Shown one piece after another: positions 46,170 through 64,000 of a stretch of 64,000 nucleotides of DNA (the stretch's first letter is position 1; the number at the start of each line of letters is the position of its first letter). The notes beneath the pieces were generated by a model. It saw only the letters and a list, made by a program, of their open reading frames with translations. It was not told where the DNA came from and did no database searches. Both the position numbers and the translations under genes were made by a program. Source of the DNA: the human T2T-CHM13v2.0 reference genome, Homo sapiens. The stretch is from NCBI RefSeq assembly GCF_009914755.1, contig NC_060937.1; one strand, given 5' to 3'.

Positions 46170-46967
46170 CATCCTAGTCCATTTTCTGTTGCTATAACTA
46201 AATGCCTGAGACTGGGTACTTCATAAAGAAAAGAAATCCATTTCTTAATGTGGTACATATACACCATGGAATACTATGCAGCCATAAAAAATGATGAGTT
46301 AATGTCCTTTGTAGGGACATGGATGAAGCTGGAAACCGTCATTATCAGCAAACTGTCTCAAGGACAAAAAAACAAACACTGCATGTTCTCACTCATAGGT
46401 GGGAATTGAACAATGAGAACACATGGACACAGGAAGGGGAACATCATACACCGGGGCCTGTTGGGGGGTGGGGGGAGGGGTGGGGGGAGAGGGTGGGATA
46501 GCATTAGGAGAGATACCTAATGTTAAATGACGACTTAATGGGTGCAGCACACCAACATGGCACATGTATATATATGTAACAAACCTGCACGTTGTGCACA
46601 TGTACCCTAAAACTTAAAGTATAATTTAAAAAAAAAAGAAATCCATTTCTTACTGTTCTGGAGGCTGGGAAGCCTCAGGTCAAGGGCTGCATCTGGTAAA
46701 GGCCTTCTTGCTGGTGAGGACTCTGCAGAGTCCCAAGGCGGATCAGGGCGTCCCACAGCAAGGGGCTGAGCAAGCTAGCTCAGGACTCTCTTTCTCCTCT
46801 TATAAAGCCACTGATTCCCCATCCTCATGACTTCATCTAATCCTAATTACTTCCCAAAGGTCCCTCTTCTCAAATGCCACAGTCAGATTCCCCACCCTCT
46901 TAATATGGTTACAGTGGGGACTGTGTCAACATGAGTTTCAGCAGGGACTAATATTCAAACCATAGCA
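46170..46967 (-). mobile_element. MST/MLT1A-like LTR nested in an older MLT1 LTR (~46070-47600)
   Basis: cctagtccattttctgttgctataactaaatgcctgagactggg...caaaccatagca. Confidence 0.8.
46248..46636 (+). mobile_element. 5'-truncated L1PA 3' end
   Basis: Close to L1PA 3' UTR consensus; long TSD aaaagaaatccatttctta. Confidence 0.95.
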
Positions 46968-47294
46968 GGTGGCTATGCCAGTCAGGTCTTCTGCTGAGGT
47001 CACTAACGTAGCTGCCGTTATCTGGCAGCTCCACAGGGTCAGATGGGTTAAAATGACCTCATTATGTCTGGTGGTTGGTTCTGGCTCTTGACTGAGCGGC
47101 ATGTCTCCCGCAGGTCAGCTTGAGCTTTTCACATTAGAGTGGCATTCAAAGAGGAAGAGAGCAGACACTAAGATCTCCTGAGGCCTCATCCTCGTCCAGG
47201 AAGCCACCCAGCATCACTGCAGCTGCATTCCACAAGTCAAAGAAGGGCACAGGGCCAGTCCACATGCAGGGAATGGGGAATAAGCTCCACTTCT

Positions 47295-47537
47295 TTTTTC
47301 TTTTTTTTTTTAACTTTTATTTTAAGTTCAGGGGTACAAGTGCAGGTTTGTTTCATAGGTAAACTTGTGTCATGCGGGTTTGTTCTACAGATTATTTCAT
47401 TACCCAGGTATTAAGCCTAATACCCATTAGTTATTTTTCCTGATCCTCTCCCTCCTCCCACCCTCCACCCTCCAAAAGGCCCCAGTCTGTGTTGTTCCCC
47501 TCTATGTGCCCGTGTGTTCTCATCATTTAGCTCCCAA
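47295..47537 (-). mobile_element. Short L1PA/PB 3' end
   Basis: ttttattttaagttcaggggtacaagtgcaggtttg...catcatttagctccca; TSD ctccacttctt. Confidence 0.88.
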
Positions 47538-47609
47538 AACTCCACTTCTTGATGAGAAAGTCAGCAAAAAAAAAGTCAGCCATTTTTTTTCCAATCTCCC
47601 ATCATCTTT

Positions 47610-49240
47610 CGTCTGACCACAATTATTTATTTTCCTCTCACATGCAAATTATGCTTGCCCCACCCTAGGAACACCAAGTGCCTCATAAGTGCCTCATCCA
47701 ATTATGGCATCGTGCTCAAGGCTATGGTCTAATCATCTGCATTGTGTCCAAGTGAGGCTCCTGGAGGACTTATCCTCAGGTGTAGCACCCCTCAGTCTGG
47801 ACACCTACAAAATAAAAAGGCAAGTTTTCCACCCCGCACATACCCAAAATATCATAGTAAAGCGGGATAACCACAATAAATAATCCTATTCAAAAGGGAA
47901 GGATGGAGGGACATAGAAGTAATTTTTCCATGGCAATTCTCAAACACAGCTGGACATCTGTTGCCAGGTCCCCCTAAACTGGAAGCCAGGAAAGTTCTTT
48001 TTTTGTTTTTTGTTTAGTTTTTGTTTTTGTTTTTGAGATGGAGTCTCACTCTTGTCGCCCAGGCTGTAGTGCAATGGCGCGATCTTGGCTCACTACAACT
48101 TCCGCCTCCCAGGTTCAAGTGATCCTTGTGCCTCAGCCTCCTGAGTAGCTGGGATTACAGGTGTGTGCCACCACACCTGGCTAATTTTTGAATTTTTAGT
48201 AGAGACAGGGTTTCACCATGTTGGTAAGGCTGGTCTTGAACTCCTGACCTCAAGTGATCTGCCTGCCTCAGCCTCCCAAAGTGCTGGGATTACTGGCATG
48301 GGCCACTGTGCCTGGCCCTGGAAAAGTTCTTGATTAGGGTTCATTGCTGTTCCTTTGGCATGGAATCACCCAGCTCATATCTCGGAGTGGTTCTTGGCTC
48401 TACACTACACTAGGGGCCCTTAGCTCAGCCCTCTGAGACAACTTTTCATTTCTATAAGAAATGGCCCATTTTGCCACTGAGTAGCTTTCTCAGTCTGCCT
48501 CCTACCTAGAGAATGTCGGGAGCCCACAGGTCATTTCCTTTTTTTTTTTTTTTTTTTTTTCATTTTGAACAGTCTGTTCCTTTTAGTGCAAGCTGGCAGT
48601 GCTTTTACCAGGAAAATTCTCTTAAAATTTTTGTGGATTTCTTGTGACTTTGCTACAGATCTTCATGTGGCAAAAGTCATATTGATAATTTTTGTTTAGA
48701 CACTTCTTCTTCTACTTTGGGTCATAAGTCAGGCTGAGTGCAACAATGCTCCTCTGTCTACTGAGAGTGTTCAGGAGACTCTGCCTTGACTCTTTTGGCA
48801 AACTTAAATATGATGTCACAGCTGTACAATTAATTTGGGACTTGGGCCCAGGTCTCATTTCATTTTGAGACTCTTCTATGAGCTGTGGAGACCAGGGATG
48901 ATCAAACAGTTTTATCTTCCAACCCAGCAAATCTTGGATCCTTTCTTTTTTTATTAATATGTCATAGTTGTACACATTTGGTGGGGGTGCATGTGATATT
49001 TTGATATATGTATACAATGTGTAATGATTTGGATCCTTTCTGTTTTCTCTGAATTTTACTTGCAAATGAAACAGCTACTTCTTGACTTCATCTCTCTCTT
49101 CCTCTACCTTACCATGTATGTATTTTAGACCAACAAGCTGACACTTTCAACATTCTGCCTGGGGACTTCCTTAATGAAATTCAAAGGTTTATTAGTAGCA
49201 TTTGCTGTCTTCCAAGTTATCGTAGACAACAGTCTTGCAG
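47610..49240 (-). mobile_element. MaLR (MLT1) internal sequence
   Basis: Follows the MLT1 LTR; ctcatccaattatggcatc and aatcctattcaaaagggaagg resemble MLT1-int. Confidence 0.5.
47998..48317 (-). mobile_element. AluS element
   Basis: TSD ggaaa(a)gttctt. Confidence 0.95.
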
Positions 49241-49299
49241 ATTGCTCTGTCATTTACCCCGATTGCTGGAGCCATCTCTTCATTGCTTTTCCAATCTCC

Positions 49300-49748
49300 G
49301 CTAATGCTTGATTTGCCACTTACACACAGCCTTGATGAAAAGTTTTATCACCACTGTCTGTTCTTTTTCTCCATGTCATTTCTCAGGATTGTTTATTCAG
49401 CTAGTAACCTTGAGAGATGAGATGGTGTCTCCCCCAGGACAAATAGTAGGCTGCTAACTGCTTGCTCTGAAAGTGTTGGGGTCCCAAAGCTCAGTGCTTC
49501 TCAGTGGCATCTCAGACCCACTGCATGGGTGGCATTCATCTAGGTCACATTGCATCGTCCCCATAGGACTTGGAGGCAGAGAAAACCAAAGCAAATATGC
49601 TGACGCCCATGCTGCTTGCTCTGCCATGAATAATAAAGGCCTTTATCTCTGACACAGGAATCTTTGTCTAGCGCCAGCATCCGTGAAACAGGCACAGGCT
49701 CACTTATCAGCTTGTAAGTAGGCAAAAAACAAATCCCAGATCCAACAG
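49300..49748 (+). mobile_element. ERVL LTR (MER68/MER77/MER21 group)
   Basis: catgctgcttgctctgccatgaataataaagg...aggctcacttatcagcttgtaagtagg. Confidence 0.55.
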
Positions 49749-50355
49749 TCTCCATCTCCAGAAGGTATTCTCAGATTAATTTCCAACAAACCTCGAGTTA
49801 ACACTACCAAAATTTGGACATGACCTGAAAAAAACTCACTTCCCTGAGATAGAATTGGAGGAAAAATTATGTTCATAGCATTTTTAAAAATTCAGAACCA
49901 TGTCAGAATTCAGAAATGGAAGTAAATCCTATTAACATCTCTGTGCTCATGTTTCTATGTGACCTCAGAGCTAGCCTAGCCTAAGATCAAATGAAATATT
50001 ATAGCATTGTCAAAAACCACGTATTCTCTTCAGGAAGTTTTATCTTTAGGAACATTTATCCGCCTAGCAAGAAAAAAAATTCCAATAACTTGCCAAATGC
50101 AATGCTTTATGTAGTTTCTGAACAAACATTGTAATCTTTAACTCTATGACTCCCAAATAATGTCTGTGTTACAAAATAACAAGTCAGAAAAAAAAAAAGA
50201 TTAGAGACATAAGGAGGAAAAAAAGATAAGTAGCATTCATATCTCACCTACCACATGCCAAGGAACTGTAGAAACTTTGTTGATATTTATGTAAAACCCT
50301 ATGATAATTGCTACTGCAACTTAAAATAAAAGTTACATTAAAAAAATAACAATTA

Positions 50356-50668
<313 letters not shown>

Positions 50669-51123
50669 AATTGCTACTGCTTTAATTTCACGATGAATAG
50701 TACAGCCTGGTGCCTAGGAACAGACTCTATGACAGACAACCTGGGTTCACAGCTCAGCTCACTGCTAATTAGCCCTAAATGTGGGGGGCAAGTTACTCAG
50801 CTTCTCCAAGCCTTTGTTTCCTCATATGCAAAATGGGGATACTATTCATTCCTACTTCCTAGGCTTACTGTGTTATTTGAGGTAAAAGGGTTAACTCCTG
50901 TAAAATGCTTGTAAACGTGCTGTTTAATTTCAATGAATAGTATCTAGGTCAAAAACACTGAATGAGGAGGAGAGAAAAAGAAAAAATGTTACCGTGTACA
51001 GGAACAGAAATGGCTGGACTACACGCTCAATGATCCAAGAGTCTGGGAAGAAGGAATGCAGTACTTCAATGCCTGGATTTCTGGATGACTGCAAGTTGAC
51101 TCCAGAAACTTTTTTTGCATTAG

Positions 51124-51654
<531 letters not shown>

Positions 51655-52078
51655 TAATAACAAGTAACAATTCCCTACCCCATCCCTAGTCCCTCTCAGT
51701 TACAATCTAAAGAGCCTTTTAAATTGCTGTTAAATTTCCTTCTTCTTTAAAGCCTTTCCAACTACCTGGAAATGCAGTGTGGGTTTCTCATTTCTCGTCC
51801 ATGTACTCTGATATGAATGTTCCACTTTGCAGCACACGAACCGCCTATGCAATGCATATGCATAATACATTTTATTTTTTTTAGTGTTTGAACAACTCCA
51901 CATCAGACTGCTTTGGAAGGACGTTGGCTTTATGAAAGTCTGTTTTACATGGAGGTGCTGTGGGCAGCTGAAAATAGCCCAGGCTTCACGGGGGGTCCAC
52001 TGCCTGCCTACTCTACCTCTAGCCAGGTGACTTCAGTGCCCCACACATGGTTGCCTTTTTTTTTTTTAATGGATGTAG

Positions 52079-52474
<396 letters not shown>

Positions 52475-52514
52475 TAAGTTAGAAGATAGAACACTGCCCC
52501 TCCTCCAGTAATGT

Positions 52515-53310
52515 TCCACATCACTCGCCATTAAGGAAGTACAAATTAAGGCCATGATGATCTAACACTACACATGTATCAGAACAGGGGAAAAAAGTGT
52601 AATAGCAGCAATAGCAAATGCTGGCAAGGATGCAGAGAAATTGCACTTCTCACACATTGCTGGTGGAAATGTAAAATGGTGCAGTCACTTTGGAAAATGG
52701 TGTGTTGGTGTCTTTTAAAACTCAGCATACACTTACCATAAAATCCAGCAATTGCACTCCTGGGAATTATTTAAGAAGTAAAAATGTGTATACACACAGA
52801 AACCTATGCACAAGTACTCATAGTAGCTTTATTTGTAACAGGCAAAAACTGGAGGCAACCGAAATGTCCATCAAAAGGTGCATCCATACAGTGAAATGCA
52901 ACTCAGCAACACAAAGGAACAAACTATTGATAAGAACATGTGTTGATCTCAAGTGGATTCTCTGATTGTACAAAGCCAATCTCAGAAGGTCATGCATTAC
53001 ACAATTCCATTTATATAACATTTCCAATGACAAAATTACAGAAGAGGAAAATAGTCTAGTGGTTGTTGCCAGGGTCTAGGGATGGCAGGGAGGGGCTGGA
53101 GGGAGGAAACTATGAAGGAGACGCACACGAGGAGCTTTGTGTATGTGTAATCAAATGACACAGAACTAGATCCATACATTGGACCAATGTCAATTTGTAC
53201 TATCATTATGCATGATCCAACTATTGGGGGAATTGAGTGACAGGTATGCTGGACATTTATGCACAGTGTTTGCATCTTCCTGTGAATTTATAATTATTTT
53301 AAAATACATA
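52515..53310 (+). mobile_element. Old L1 (L1MC/MD-like) 3' fragment
   Basis: attgctggtggaaatgtaaaatggtgcagtcactttggaaaa...ccagcaattgcactcctggg. Confidence 0.8.
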
Positions 53311-53442
53311 TATTTTTAATTCTAAAGTAACCACCACCTAAGTCAGAAAATAGGATAGTGTCTCCTGTCCCACACATTCCTCCCCACTCAAAATCCTCTT
53401 CCTTGCCATTGACACCTTGCTTCCTATTATATATTGACCACC

Positions 53443-53860
53443 GGTCTTTGTCTGTTTATGTTGCTACAAAGGAATATCTGAGGCTGGGTGATTTATAAAG
53501 AAAAGATATTTGGCTCATGGTTCTGCAGGCCATACAAGAAGCATGGCACCGGCATCTGCTTCTGGTGGGGACCTCAAGCTGCTTCTGCTCATGGCGGAAG
53601 GGGAAGGGGAGCCAATGTGTGCAGGTCACATGGTGAGAGAGAAGGAGGCAAGACAGAGCGAGCAAGAAGGTGCCAGGCTTTTTTCAACAACCAGTTCTCT
53701 CGGGAACTGAGAGTGAGAACTCACTCACTCCCAAGAGAATGGCACCAAGCCATTCATGAGGGATCCAAACACCTCCCACAAGACCCCACCTTCAACACTG
53801 GGGATTAAATTTCAACATGAGACTTGGCAAAGCTAAACAAACTGCATCCAAACCATAGCA
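53443..53860 (-). mobile_element. MSTB-like MaLR LTR
   Basis: gttgctacaaaggaatatctgaggctggg...catccaaaccatagca. Confidence 0.85.
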
Positions 53861-53879
53861 CCACCTACACATGCTTTCC

Positions 53880-54535
53880 TAAAAATAAATTATTTTTTGC
53901 CTAATTTAAACTTTATACAGATGGAAGCAATCATATGAAATCTTTTGACTCTGCCTTTTTTCACTAAACTTTTTCACTAAACATCATAATTGTGAGTTTC
54001 ATCCATGGTGCGTGTAGCTGTAATTCTGTATTCCATCAAATGAATACACCACAATGAATGCATCCATTGTGTTGCAGATGACTTTTTGGGTTGTTTCTGG
54101 TTTGGGGCTATTATGAGCGATGCTATCAGGAGCATTATTGCACCCTGGTGCATCTGTGCATGCAGATTTCCAGAGAATATACCCAGGAAATAAGCTGCAG
54201 GCTCCTGGGGTATATTTATTTTCAACTTTACAAGAGAACAATAAATTATTTTCCAAAGGTTTGTACCATTTTTCACCTCCATTGGCTGTGTAGGTAAGTT
54301 CTTCTTGCTTTGTTTAGCTTTGAAAGACAGATTTAGCCATTCTGGTGGGTGCATAATTGTGTCGTGTTGTAGCTTTAATTTGCATTTTTCTGATTACTTT
54401 TTGGTTGAGCATTGTTTCATTTTGGATTGTCTCTGTTATGAAATGTTGGTTCAAGTTTTTGACCATTTTCTATTGAGTGGCGCATCTTTTCCTTACAGAT
54501 TTGTAAGAATTCTTGTATATTCTGAACACTAACCC
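53880..54535 (-). mobile_element. Old L1 (L1ME-like) fragment
   Basis: tttagccattctggtgggtgcataattgtgtcgtgttgtagctttaatttgcatttt. Confidence 0.7.
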
Positions 54536-54711
54536 TTAGTCTCTGACTGTCCTTTTCCTTCATTCCCTGCTCTCCTTTCCCAATTCAGCAGGCATGGCCC
54601 TTCCTTTCTTCAGCCAAAGGCTTAGGTAAAAAGAAAATCAGTAATAGGAATATAAACAAAACCGAAATACTGTTTATTTTTATCTCCTAAATAAATTCTT
54701 TAAACTATATT

Positions 54712-55845
<1,134 letters not shown>

Positions 55846-56004
55846 CTGTATTAGTACGGTTGTTTAAAATAACCTTTTATTAATACAGAGAGAAGTAATA
55901 TGTGTATTTTTAAAATTAGAAAAAATAAGCAACGTGCTAAATAAATGAATAAAATGTTTTCATTTCTACCACCCTCACTGTGACACTGAATGTAGAACTT
56001 CTGA

Positions 56005-56332
<328 letters not shown>

Positions 56333-56500
56333 GATACATTTTTACATTCAATTTTTTCCAATTGAGCTAAACACATAACAATCGTTTTAAAGCCAAACCT
56401 GAGTTTGGCGTTTTGGTACTTGTTTGTTTTGTTTGTTTGTTTGTTTTTAAAGAGTCAAAAAGCAAGGCTCTAAATAGGCAGCCTATAAGATTCATTCTTA

Positions 56501-56939
<439 letters not shown>

Positions 56940-57015
56940 TCAAGGTGAACACCCTTAGTCCCAGAAAGCAAGCTGGGACCTTGGCCAAAGACAGCAACTT
57001 CATAGACTTTAGTGA

Positions 57016-57586
<571 letters not shown>

Positions 57587-58238
57587 TATTGTTCTTGATT
57601 TTAAGCAGGCCTATCTCTAACTCCAATTACACAGTAATTGGCATGATCCCATTGTTACCTATGCAATGCATCCTATTTGAAGATAACTCAATAGCTTACA
57701 AGAGAGGAAAAGCAAACATCATTAACCACATTGCGTGGCTATAAGAAATGAGGTTGATTTTCCTGAGGGATGGTAATCTGACTCTGGACAGATTCCAAAT
57801 TCCAAACAGGGGAATTTCCGTGCTCTTTTGAGCAAAGGTGGTACCCCTGGAAAATCATACAGTCTCCCTGCTTGGAAGACCATCTCTCCTTTAAGTGTGT
57901 CAACTTTTGCGACTATTGTTCAGTTTCCTAAGTTTCATGATGTCATTGATCTCATGAATACCATGAGATATTTGTTATTGCCTAAGATGCTTTAAATTAG
58001 CTTTATGGTTCTCAGAAATCACTAGACCCACACAAAAAAATTCTGTCTGGACTGCAAATTTTCAATGTCCTATTTACATTGAGCAGTTTAACCTCTTCCA
58101 TTAGCAGGCAATAAATGTCATCAGTTTTTAATGAGTAAATACCAGATGCATGGCATTGTTACAGGCATTAAGGTGTAACAACGGAGAGATCTGACATGGT
58201 CCCTTGACCTCTGGTTCTACTCAGAAACATAAGACACC

Positions 58239-58550
58239 AGACATGGATGAAGCTGGAAACCATCTTTCTCAGCAAACTAACACAAGAACAGAAAACCAAG
58301 CACTGCATGTTCTCACTCATAAGTGGGAGCTGAACAATGAGAACACATGGACTCAGGGAGGGGAACATCACACACTGGGGCCTGTCGGGGGGTGGGGGGC
58401 TAGGGAAGGGATAGCATTAGGAGAAATACCTAATGTAGATGATGGGTTGATGGGTGAAGCAAACCACCACGGCACGTGTATACCTATGTAACAAAACTGC
58501 ACGTTCTGCACACGTACCCCAGAAATTAAAGTATAATTTTAAAAAAAAGC
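58239..58550 (+). mobile_element. 5'-truncated L1PA 3' end
   Basis: L1PA 3' UTR; perfect TSD aacataagacacc. Confidence 0.95.
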
Positions 58551-58780
58551 AACATAAGACACCTTAACAATGAGAACAATATAGATGTGAGGGAAGTGGC
58601 AACTAGAAAAATGCTTAACAATTTTTATAATTAACATAGGCTTTTACAAAGCCAAATTTGGAAGAAAAATACTTTTTATTAATTTTTAATGTTATTGTAA
58701 GCTTTGTTCACATTAACCATGATTTCATTGAGCTTTTATTTTTATATTTCTTTACATTTTACTATGCCATATTCATTAAG

Positions 58781-59083
58781 TTTTTTGTTTTGTTTTGTTT
58801 CTGAGACAGAGTCTTGCTCTGTCGCCCAGGCTGAAGTGCACTGGTGTCATCTCCACTCATCGCAACTTCTGCCTCTCAGGCTCAAGCAATTCTTGTGCCT
58901 CAGCCACCTGAGTAGCCAGGATTACAGGTTGTCCCACCACACCTGGCTAATTGCGGTATTTTTAGTAGAGACAAAGTTTCGCCACGTTGGCCAGGCTGGT
59001 CTCGAACTCCTGGCCTCAAGTGATTTGCCCACCTCAGCCTCCATAAGTGCTGGGATTACAGGCGTGAGCCACTGCACCCAGCC
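58781..59083 (-). mobile_element. Alu element
   Basis: TSD atattcattaagtttt. Confidence 0.95.
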
Positions 59084-59899
59084 TATATTCATTAAGTTTT
59101 AAGAGGAGATGATAAAACCAAAATGAAATGAATTTTAAAAATAGGTATCATAAATTTTCTTTCAAGGAAAGAATTGTTTCAATAACAGCACTTTTGTTGT
59201 GAATCATATATAAAATATTGTTATAATATGTGCATTACAGTAATATTTACTTGTTTAATCATTCAGTGAAAACACTGCTTAGAGAGAGGTAGGCAGATTA
59301 TATGATGCCCATTTTATAGAAAAGAAAATGTACTCAAGAGGTCATGTGACTCTCCCAAATCTTACCATGAGTCATAAAAGCAGAGATTAAGTTTCCTGAC
59401 TCTCAGGCCTTTGCTGTGCCCACTTCATGCTGTGTTCACTGATTTTAAAACTCGACTCCCTCAGTCTGTTTCCAGCTTCTTTTCATAGCTGATTACAGTT
59501 TTGCCTTCCACGGCTCAGAAAAGTGTTTTCATTTGTACATGTTCATGCTTTCTCAAAGGATGCCGACATTCATCACAGGACTTCAGACCTGCAAGGGGTC
59601 TTTGAGATCTAGTCCACCAGTCTCATTTTATAGGCGAAGAATCTGAGGCCCAGAATGGTTAAGAAGCTCCAAGAGAGGTAGAAAGGCAAATAATGGCATA
59701 AAAATGAATCCTATAAGAAAAGGTTAAAGGCACTGAAATCGTTTCCTCCAAATGGCTAATATAATAATGGCCTTTGAGTATTAGATTTATGATTCAAGAC
59801 AAGGAAGTTTTTTACTCTTCTCTGTCTCTACCAAAAACAAAACAAGTGTTTATTAGAGTGAGCAAAAAGAAAAATACTAAATATGGGAAAGAATTTTCT

Positions 59900-60211
59900 G
59901 GCAAGACACAGTGGCTCATGCCTGTAATCCCAGCACTTCGGGAGGCCAAGACGTGAGGATCACTTGAGTCCAGGAGTTCAAGACCACCTGGGCAACATAG
60001 GGAGACTGTTTCTACAAAAAAAAAAAAAAAAAGTTAAAATTAGCCAGATATGGTGGCTCATACCTGCAGTCTCAGATACTTGGGAGGCTGAGGTGAGGGG
60101 ATCACTCAAACCCGGGGGGTCAAGACTGCAGTGAGCAGTGATCACACCACTGCACTCCAGCCTGGGTGACAGAGCAAGATCCTGTCTCAAAAAAACAAAA
60201 AGTAAAAAAAA
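59900..60211 (+). mobile_element. AluJ-like element
   Basis: TSD aaagaattttctg. Confidence 0.93.
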
Positions 60212-60249
60212 GAATTTTCTGGCAGCCAGGAAGAAACCTAGAGAGTTTT

Positions 60250-61777
<1,528 letters not shown>

Positions 61778-62426
61778 AGAGAAGGTTAAGTGCAGATTAG
61801 ACTCTTATTCTCTGGGTTGCTTCATATCTAATCCTCTCTTAGATAAATTATGTAAGTCCTAATTGTATCAATTAGAGTTCTTCTGGCCCTTTCTAGTTCA
61901 ATAAATCTATAGTTTAAAAGAATTTTCATATCTGAAGTTTGATTTTTGTAGAATACAAGCTGAAGACAAAATGCTACAAAATGTCCCCTCTCCCACAGAG
62001 ATGAATTTTTGAGTTGAGAGTCTGTGGAGATGCATTTCAGGAAGATCCTTTGTTTCAGGGGCAAGTCCTACAGAACAGAACAGGCTTTCAATATTGGTGC
62101 AAAACCTGGCACAGATCAGGGCCAGTGGGCCAAGGGGCTTCATTTCCTCTGGCATTTTAGAATGATTGCCTGAAAAAAAATAAACCTTGCTTTTGTCTGA
62201 ATTACAACATGATGGGCTGATTCATCTTCAACCCCCACTGAAAGGGTGTAGCTGAGTTGCTTCACCAAATATATGATGTAGCATGAAAATATGCGTCCCA
62301 GGAAAGGCAGTTCGGCAGGGTCTCCGTATAAGAATGCTCAGCCTTGGTGGAAATGCCAACACTTGGCTTCCAGGCCTTTCCCTTCCTCTCTAAATGAGTT
62401 GCTTCATTTATATGTGAACACTTTAA

Positions 62427-63065
<639 letters not shown>

Positions 63066-63274
63066 TAAGTTGTATTTTTAAAGCCTGCAGGCTCAACATT
63101 CAAAAAACTAAGACTAATGATATTGAAAGGGAAATAAGTATGTACCTGTTTGTATGTGGATAGATGTGGTGTTAGGTTTAGGAGTTAGAGTAAAAAGTTA
63201 TGACTACTTCAGGGGCACCTAAAGGCACCACAGTTAATCACTCGAACACAATATAAGCTCATTGAATATTTTAA

Positions 63275-63616
<342 letters not shown>

Positions 63617-63688
63617 CCATTTCTCTTCTTTTAAACAAAAAACAATGTACATTATTATCCATCACTAACACGGATACCACTGCCCTTA

Positions 63689-64000
<312 letters not shown>

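Overview
This is primate, most likely human, non-coding genomic DNA. It is dense in interspersed repeats: about 40 Alu copies or fragments, many L1 pieces, MaLR/ERV LTRs, MIR/L2 and a few DNA transposons. I see no intact protein-coding gene and no CpG island, and nearly all ORFs in the track come from repeats or chance. Recognisable gene-derived sequences are a U13 (SNORD13) snoRNA retrocopy (623-726) and a 5'-truncated, frameshifted RPL7A processed pseudogene (~16467-17131). The most notable structure is a near-perfect 427-bp inverted duplication of mostly unique sequence (4199-4625 / 5995-6421, about 7 mismatches by eye). It brackets a 1.37-kb spacer, the architecture of a flippable NAHR inversion. 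Smaller oddities include a 45-bp fold-back at an LTR end, a twin-primed inverted L1, a 58-bp tandem duplication, nested TE stacks, a (GGAA)15 array and closely spaced inverted Alus. I found no evidence of a novel biological system. Repeat subfamily names come from remembered consensus similarity, and boundaries are approximate unless a target-site duplication (TSD) is quoted.
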